From the NCBI RefSeq assembly GCF_009914755.1, contig NC_060926.1: DNA of 64,000 bases; one strand, written 5' to 3'. A model generated the notes under the pieces. It was given only the letters and a program-made list of their open reading frames with translations, was not told where the DNA came from and ran no database searches. The position numbers and the translations under genes were made by a program. How positions within the stretch are numbered: the first letter of the stretch is position 1; each line of letters starts with the position of its first letter. The DNA comes from the human T2T-CHM13v2.0 reference genome, Homo sapiens. Positions 55,178-64,000 of this stretch are shown one piece after another.

Positions 55178-56880
55178 CTGTATCAGGCTTTGCCAACTGC
55201 TATCTCAAACAGCCTCCAAAAGTCAGTGGCTTAACACAATTACAGTGTATTTCTTATTTATGTCACAGTTCAATGAAGGTTGGTGGTGGCATGGGAGGAG
55301 TAAAGGATTAGAGTCAGTGATGGGCTTGACTCTGCTCTGTGTACTCATTCTGGGACCCCAGTTTCTTCACTCTTCAACAGTGGTGTTAAGGCCAACCTGG
55401 CATCATCCAACCAGAGGATGCGGAAAGGCATATTGCGGCAAATTTACAAGACATTTTAGAGGTCTGGCCCAGAAGAGGTGTATATTGCTCCATCCACATT
55501 CCACTGGTCAGAACTCAGTTAGATGGTTTCATTCAACTGCAAGAGATGCTAGGAAATATAATTTTGTTGCATGACCAGTGGAAAAGAAGACAGACTTGGT
55601 GAGCACATGGAATTGTCTCTGCCCTTCTGGTCTCCACATATCTGTTTCAGCCCCTCCTCCTATACACAGAACAAAATCACCCCCTCCCCACAAGAGACAA
55701 TCCCAGTCCCCATTTAATCACCACATCCAGCCCGAAGACCAGGATCTCTAAGTCATGATCAGATGCTCCATCAAGTCCAGCTAAGAGTCCTCAAGTTCTT
55801 ACAAACTATGAACTAAAAGAGACACAAGGTGTCTGCCCCTCAACACACACACACTCCCAAAATTCATTGGTAGAATGATCACAGAATGACCATCAAAAAA
55901 CACCTCCCATTTGGGAAGAGAAAGCAGGCATGAGTTAAAGCAATTCTAAAATTGTGCTGGCCAGGCACTGTGAGGGCCTCCTATCCTGGAGTGGGGAAGG
56001 GGTGGGGGTAGGAGAAGATTTTAGTGTGCAGACCTGGATTCTACTCTTTGGGAGTTGACCATTTTATCCACAGCCACTATCCCTTATCCAACAGGTTCTC
56101 TAGCCATGTCTAAAATGGGCACTAGGGAGTATTTCCTTCTTGCAGACTGCATAGCTTTTATAGGCTGCTTCCGGTTAGAGCAACTTGAAAGTCTAAAAAT
56201 TGTCTTATTGCTTGAACAGTCAAGTTTTTTTTTTAAAATCCAAGTTTGCAGTGTTTATGGTTCCCTCAAAAGCACAGAATGTCTCTGGTCTACTTTACTC
56301 ATGTTCATTCCATTAGCTAAATAACCATCCCAAAGTTATTTCTTAGATGAAATTCTCAAATGTGTTTTGTTTCTTTTTCTTTCTCACCCTGAGCCTTGCT
56401 GTCTCAATTTAATGACAGTTACCTCAAAGCCATCAAGCTTCATTGTAAAGCCACATCCTTAACCTGATCTTTGCCAAATGCTTGGCTCTTAATTGGTTTG
56501 GGGACTTTTTTCAATCTTATTTCCTACTGATTGGGGCTGAGAAATGGTCACCTTTGCCAACCCATCAAGGCCCCAAATTTCTAGACTCTTACTTTCATTT
56601 CTGCTTGCTAAGTGGCCAATTCTTTCCTGATCTGATCTTTTAAAAATATTTTTCAGTATGCAGCCAACAGGAGTCAATACACATGGATACTTTCTTTCCA
56701 TCCACTTCCTCTATAGTTATTCCCTCAATAGGGATGTCATCTGCTTCCCGAAATATAAGAGGTGATACTTTTACCAAACCATTTACTACTGTGTAACATG
56801 GAGTGCTATCTTTTAGCTTCTAATATCAGTTTACTATCTGCTCCCTCTCCTGAAAACTGCTAAGCCAATGCGACATATTT
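55178..56880 (-). mobile_element. Old MLT1 (H-K-like) LTR (~55178-55625) with adjoining MLT1 internal sequence
   Basis: cagtggcttaacacaat, cacattccactggtcagaactcag and aactgcaagagatgctaggaaat LTR hallmarks, followed by MaLR-int-like sequence. Confidence 0.6.
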
Positions 56881-56908
56881 TCCCACAAAACATGCTATGA
56901 AAAACCCA

Positions 56909-56984
56909 TTTTCTTGTCTTTGCTCACACTTTTCTTGCCTTTGCTCACACTTTTCTTGCCTTTGCTCACACTTTTCTTGCCTTT
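56909..56984. repeat. 21-bp minisatellite x3.6 (ttttcttgcctttgctcacac)
   Basis: Read directly; one substitution in the first unit. Confidence 0.95.
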
Positions 56985-58871
56985 TGGAATATCAACCCCA
57001 TCCTTCTCTGCTTATCAGGCTAAGTCCTACGAATTCCTCAAGTCTCTTCTATGTCCTCCTCTGTGGAGTTTTCTAGGTATTGCAGCCCACCTCAATTCTC
57101 AATTACTAGAACTCACTATTTTATAATATTATTTTAGCATACTATCCTTAGATACCTTCTATATAGCTTTTTTCTGTCCCCAATAGACTTAGAATAAAAT
57201 GTATTTTTATATTTCTAAACTTCTCAGGCTTTCAAAATTCATTTGTTGGCTAGAATATGTTCGCATGAATTACCTGTTCATTTGCTTCTTTCAAAGCCAT
57301 AAATTGGCAAATCTTTTTTCAGTGTGGTGTCTAGATATGGTCTTCCCTGGTCAAAAGTGTGAAACAGATAATGCTGTGTAGTCTTTCAAAGCTTTTTCCT
57401 GCATATTTTTTCCTTTTAAAAAAAATGTACTCTATACCACCTTCCTACCACTGCCAGGGTATCAAGGGCTGCCTTAATTGTGTAGTTCTATCTAGGATAG
57501 CTCCTATGACCATAGATACTCTTCAGTTTTCTCATCTCTCCCCTAAAAAATATACTCATCCTCTCTTCCACCTCCAGGTGTCCAAACCTAATCTTATAAA
57601 CAATTTTAAAGTAAGGTATAGATGCTCAAGATGGCAGCAGTTTCATGACATTCAGGATTGTTTGTGCAAATTGTAGGCAGTGAGGTAACACTGGAAGTGG
57701 GAGGGCAATGCGTAAAGAACTTTGCATGTCCCTCAAATAACAAAACCACATGGGCTAAACTCAGTGGTCCAAGGGTATCCAGTAAAGTATCATCATTGTA
57801 AGGGGGAGAAAATTCTCCTTAAAATCGATTTGAGTAGTAAAACATCATAAAATGAGTAATCTATAGAAATAATTTTAGTATTGAGGATTTGTATTCCTAT
57901 TGTAGCTATTGTGGCTGTCTATATATAAGTCTATGGTTATAAGAGAATTGCATAGAAGCTGAGCAGCTACTTCATATAAAAGTTTATTTTAAAAAATAAT
58001 CATTTTCTGACTCATAAACATCTAGTAAGAGAGATATAATAACAAGCAGTGCTTTGGAGAACAACTTTCTGTTTAACAGTAAATTCATCTAATAGAAAAA
58101 TAATGACTAGATATAAGCATGAAAATATCTACCTCTTCTGCAAGACAGCTGGATGGCAGGGCCACAGATATAATGACCCAGGCCCTCCAGACATAGTCCA
58201 GCCAGGCACTGACCACTTCTGAGAGACAGCTGGAGATGGGCAGGCTCTACTTTTAGATTATGAGCCACATATACCTGGAGACGACCACGTCTCATTGATT
58301 CTCCTAGAATACTCTTGCATAGTACCATGTGCATTTTTAACACTCAACTTTCCTTCAGTGCTGATAACAAAAAGCTTTTCATCTTTGCAAAGAAGAGAAA
58401 CCTTCACCTACACTCAAATGTTCCCATACCATTTAAGGCCCAGCAGCTGAGACGTCTTCCCCCACTCCATCATAAAATATTTTATTATGTCAATTATGGG
58501 AAACCCAATTACTCAAATAATTCATAGTGAGCTGGAGCAAAGTACCTGGAGAACCATGGGGAATAGTCATAAAACTGGCAATGGATGTGAGACCATGGTA
58601 TAAACGTCTTTCTAATTTCAATGATTCCTGATTCCTAAAAATAAAGGAAATTAATCATTCATTCCTCCTTTTTAACTACAAACCTAGATATAAATGGATT
58701 TAAATAGAGGAGTTAGGTTGAGCATCATAATCACCAGTTTTCATTATGGATGAGGTCAATTCAAAGAAAGAAGAAAAAGACAAAAACTAGCAACATTCTC
58801 CTGTTTCTCTCTGTATATATATACAGTCCTCTATGTATCTCTAGAGACAGAAATATAAACATACACACATA

Positions 58872-59163
58872 CAGTTATCCCTGGTATCCCCGGGGAATTG
58901 GTTTCAAGACCCACAAAGATATCTAAACCCTCTGATGCTTAAATTCTTTACATAAAATGGTATAGTATTTTCATGTAACCTACGTATATCCTCCCATATG
59001 CTTATAGATTACCTATAATACATACCACAATGTAAATGCTACATAAGTATTATAATAGTTGCTATACTGTATTTTTGTTATTTTTTGTTTTATTATTTTT
59101 ATTCTTTTTCAAAAATATTTTGATCCTCAGTTAATTGCAGAAACTGCCAATACTAAGGGCCGA

Positions 59164-59168
<5 letters not shown>
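58872..59168 (+). mobile_element. MER2 non-autonomous TcMar-Tigger DNA transposon
   Basis: ta|cagttatccctggtatcc...aatactaagggccgattctg termini; internal taaaatggtatagtatttt...aacctacgtatatcctccc. Confidence 0.85.

Positions 59169-59202
<34 letters not shown>
59167..59202. repeat. (TG)18 microsatellite
   Basis: Perfect dinucleotide run. Confidence 0.95.
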
Positions 59203-59204
<2 letters not shown>

Positions 59205-61244
59205 CATTAGCAAATCAAGCTTCACATATTTTTATTTAATTTTTGAATAAAAGTAATTTAAGGATCTTTGTTATATAACATCAAAATAAAAGACAGAGTT
59301 AATCTCTTCTTTCTTTCTTTCTAAAATAGTCCTACCCATTAATAGGTATTTTAAAGCACACTGAAGGGTAAATTGTTACTTATAAAACAAAGGCATACTG
59401 ATTACCTGTAATGTTTCTTAGCTATATTTTTCTTTACCACACAAAACTACTCTTTTGATTTTATTATTCTTTTTGTTTTCCATTTCAACAATTTTGCCAC
59501 CAACTGAATTAATATTAACACGTTTGTGAATTTTACAAACAAAACCCTGTAGAATTAAAAGTCTGCCTAATAGCCTTTTTGTTGTCAGAAATTCTTCTTT
59601 TCCACATCTTTGCTGTTACCAAAAAAAAAGCCAATCCCAAATTTTATTATAAATGACAAACATTTTAAAAAGAAAAATTGGTTTCAGTGATCCTTTTTCA
59701 ATTCATGGCAAAATAATTTCTCTGATACACCAGTGACAATGCCTTTGCACCATTCCTCATGAACACTTTTCTCTGTCCTATAATATGTAACCTCTCTGGC
59801 TTCAAATAACTAAAGGCAGATGCAAAGTTGCAAAGAAGCACACCTTTATGCCTTTCCAGAAAGAAAGAATGAAGTTCTGTGGCTACATGGCTTCATCTCT
59901 GAATGAGTGATTAGTCAGCTTTCCCTTCCTTGTGTTCTCTCCTCTGCCCTGGAATGTGCACCCACAAATGTACGTGGTGGAAACAGGTAGGGTGGCTGTC
60001 ACAGGTTCAAACTCCCCTACTCGTGGCTGAGTCAATGGGATCTGTTTATGGCCTCAAACATGTTTGTGATGACAAAAGAAAGGAGAAAATACAAAGAAGG
60101 GACTTCTCTACCCCTGGCTATTTGAACACTTAAAGATGACCTGCACCCACCTCCAACAAGTTACTGTTCCTGCAGAGCCCTGTTCAAATTAGAGCATTCA
60201 TCTCCAAAGACTGACTTTTCTAATGGTCCAAATAGACAACCTACATTCTCACAAGAAAAACACATTCTCATTTATTTAAAAAACGTCTTACGTGCTTGGA
60301 ACCAAAACACTCTTCTAAACAATATCATGTGGTGAAAAGTGAAAGTAATAAAAGATGTTTTAGTCACTAGGTTTTGTTGTGTTAAATAAATGCAGCATGA
60401 AGTTTACATATTTATGTGGGTGTAATGATGTAATCCAACCTCTGAAAACTCATACATTAACAAATTGATGTTGGGTTATATGCATTCCTGAACAGTGACA
60501 TTAACAATGCATTTATATAAAACTATAAAAACTGTTGACGAAAAAAAATTGCCACTGTTAAGAGAAGAAAAATAAAGACAAAGGCCAGCCATTCATATGA
60601 AGTATCTTGATCAATTCTCTGTTAGCTTAAAATTGAATTAGCTCAATTTTCTTCCAGTTTAACAGTCCAGCAAATTCTCCTGAAGTCCTCCTAAACCATC
60701 CTGAATCTTCTTTTCCTATTCTTATTTCAATTTTACTCTAAAATTTCCTGTTTTTTATCATGCTATATTGTACATAAGCTACCGTAATTTTTTTTTTGAA
60801 CAATGTGAAAAAGATACCCATTCATATCTCCTTTCCCCAGTCCCAAGAACAAGATGGTACCTACTCTGCCTTCTTCAGAGAGTCTGTGTCCAAAGCTCAC
60901 CTCAGAACTGCCTTGGGAGAATTACTCAGCCTTCATAGCAGCTCCACTCTTAGCTTCATGTGGTAGAGAAGTTTTGCAGGGATGTGTGTGTGTGAGCATT
61001 AAAAATCATCATGTAGAGAGACTGGCTTGAAGAACATACAGGATCAGATACTGTATGTTAGAGCAGCTACAATTAGACCTAGCTCAATTCTGCCCCTTCT
61101 TCCAGGTGACTTCAACAAATTGATTGCTCCTCCATGCCCTTTCCCCAATAACGCTAAAGTCCTAAGTGGCAGGATTATGGCCCCAACACTCCTTGCGTTC
61201 CTCTTGCATTTCTTATGACCTCATCCAATCCTGTATACACAATG

Positions 61245-61786
<542 letters not shown>

Positions 61787-61946
61787 TGACCACTAAGCAA
61801 CCCTTCTTCCTACTAAGCACACTAAAGATGTTTCATTTTTGTTTGCTTGCTTAATCAATTTTTGACATGAAAATGGGTGATTTCAGCAAGCAAGATCATG
61901 AAAATGGGAGAAAGCAGTTGAAAGGTCAATTGTTCAAATAAAAAGG

Positions 61947-62303
61947 TGGTATGGTTTGGTTCCGTGTCCCCATCCAAATCTCATCTTGAATTGTAATCCT
62001 CACATGTCAAGGGAGGGATCTGGTAGAAGGTGATTGGCTCATGGGGGTGGTTTCCCCATGCTGTTCTCATGACGTGAGTTCTCACAAGAACTGATGGTTT
62101 AAAAGTGTTTGGCAGCTCTGCCCTCCCCCTTCCTGCTGCCTTGAGAAGAGGGTGCCTGCTTCCCCTGTGCCTTCTGCCATGATTGCAAGTTTCCAGAGGC
62201 CTCCCCAGCCAGGCAGAACTGTGAGTCAATTAAACTTCTTTTGATTATAAATTACCCAGTCTCAGGTAGTATCTTTATAGCAGTGTGAAAATGGACTAAT
62301 GAA
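61947..62303 (+). mobile_element. THE1D/MSTA-like solo LTR
   Basis: tggtatggtttgg...ccaaatctcatcttgaattgtaatcc...ataaattacccagtctcaggtagtatctttatagcag; 5-bp TSD aaagg (61942-61946, 62304-62308). Confidence 0.9.
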
Positions 62304-62805
62304 AAAGGAGAGTATCCTTGATAATTCAGAAGTTCTACCTTATATCATGTGTTCAGCCACTGTGAATGGCACCTCTTGAACCAGACTGTGTTGTGGACAC
62401 TGCCATCGCCTAAATGACAACAGAAACTTCCTACCTGGCCCTCCTTGTCTCCAATCTCTCCCACTTTCAAACCATGTTCTCTGTTTTTCAAATTGATGAT
62501 ATTAAGGGTTCTAATGTAGATTGGATCAAAATAATTTAGTAAAATTATTTGTCTCTCTTATTTGTCTCAAAATTAAAGCTCACTGAGATAGGGACTATAT
62601 CTTATGATTTTTATGTTTGCTATATTGTCTTTCAAGTAGTAGACCCCCAATAAATGTTGAAATTAGTTTAATGAGAACCTTGTCAGGTTTGGCTACTTTT
62701 CAGGGGGCTGAGTAGGGTGACCTTGATTGACAAAATATTCTGGAAGGAGGACCAAGTGTAGATATATGCAAAATTATACCTATATACAGTTTCTTCCTCC
62801 AATTC

Positions 62806-63315
62806 TGTATTGTTAGGAACGTGTTCAGCTTCAAGAAATAGAAAGACTAGCTACATGTTTCAAATGAATAGAGTTTCTTTTTCTTACATAGCAAGATTAA
62901 GGGTAGCAGTTGCCAGGATTAGCTCAGCTGCTCAAGTATGCCTCGGGACCCAGGCGCTTTCTATTCTGCCCTTTCACCATACTCAATTTATTGGCTTTAC
63001 CTCTGCATGATTTTTATCCTATGTTTGAATGGTGGATCTGAACATCACATCCACAGTCAGGGCAGGAAGAAAGGAAAGGGACAACACCAGCCATTCCTTT
63101 TATCAGGAAAGCAGTACTTTACCAGAAATCTCTATTCCCACCCCAAGCAGGCTATTACTTATGCATCATTGGTCAGCATTCTGTTACATGGCCACCCACC
63201 TAAAAGGAAAGCTGAGGCAGTACATTGTCTTTTCCAGCCTTCCTAGTGAAAGGAGACAAGAGAGAAGGGGGATTGGAAATTGCTATGGTTTGGCCAACCA
63301 GCAGTGCCTGCCACA
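62806..63315 (-). mobile_element. Old MLT1 (K/L-like) LTR
   Basis: cattggtcagcattctgttacatggccaccc...aaggaaagctgag...caaccagcagtgcctgccaca. Confidence 0.6.
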
Positions 63316-64000
63316 GATTCTTCCCTTCCCATCTTCTTTGCCCCCATAAGAACGTCATCTCTGGGAAATTCAGATATATGTGCTCTTTTCACCACCTCTT
63401 ACCAGTCTACATATCAAAACTAGTTGTAAGGAAAGAATCTGAAACTTAGGGTAAATTCTGAGTGACAATGACAACTCTGGTATTTACATGTTAAAAGAAA
63501 CCAAAGCCTTAAGCTAGACTATCAGTACCTCTCACCACATGCAACATAACTGACAGCTCATGCAAGATAGTCTTCATTGTCCCTGTGCCCCACCCCAACT
63601 GACTGTAGTAATCCAAAATGTTCCTTTCATTTCCAAATGTCCCGTAAAGAATCTCCAGTTGAGAACCATTGAGCTAAAGGAATGGACCTCCAGGGTGTGA
63701 TGTCAGAAATCAACAGCTGGAGACTGAGTAAGAAATTGGGTTGGGAAAAAATGTGAAAATGACAGCCTAATGAGTCAATAAGACCTCCTCAGAACCCCTG
63801 AAAAGTTAATGCCATCTGAAAAAGAAAAAAACCTAAATAACTTCTCATTATTGTCTGCCATTAGCTCTTCAGAAAGAAGAGATCATTTTGGATTCTTATC
63901 TGACCAACGTCACTGCATTCCACAATCCATCAAAGACCACAGATGGAATGAGAACAGGGTTGGTGAAGTAAGTCTGACACCCAGTTTAGGGAATGGCCAA

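Noticed and set aside
56909-56984. CRISPR-like array
   Set aside because: Head-to-tail repeats with no spacers, in mammalian DNA.

Overview
Primate (very probably human or another hominoid) non-coding genomic DNA, AT-rich and dominated by interspersed repeats. It contains three young LINE-1 copies: an L1PA2-like 3' part at the window start, a 5'-inverted (twin-primed) L1PA3-like copy nested inside a complete MST/MaLR provirus, and a full-length but inactivated L1PA4/5-like element with target-site duplications. Also present are older L1MA/MB/ME fragments, eight Alus, THE1/MST/MLT1 LTRs, MER1A/MER2/MER5 DNA-transposon relics, many L2/MIR relics and several micro/minisatellites. Every long ORF in the track is LINE-1 ORF1/ORF2/ORF0-derived; the short ORFs are chance or repeat-derived. 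I found no cellular protein-coding exon, RNA gene or CRISPR array, and no previously undescribed biological system that I can support. The most unusual observation is that all three young L1 copies carry the same 4-bp ORF2 deletion, plus other pairwise-shared non-consensus variants. Repeat subfamily names come from remembered consensus features and need RepeatMasker/Dfam confirmation.
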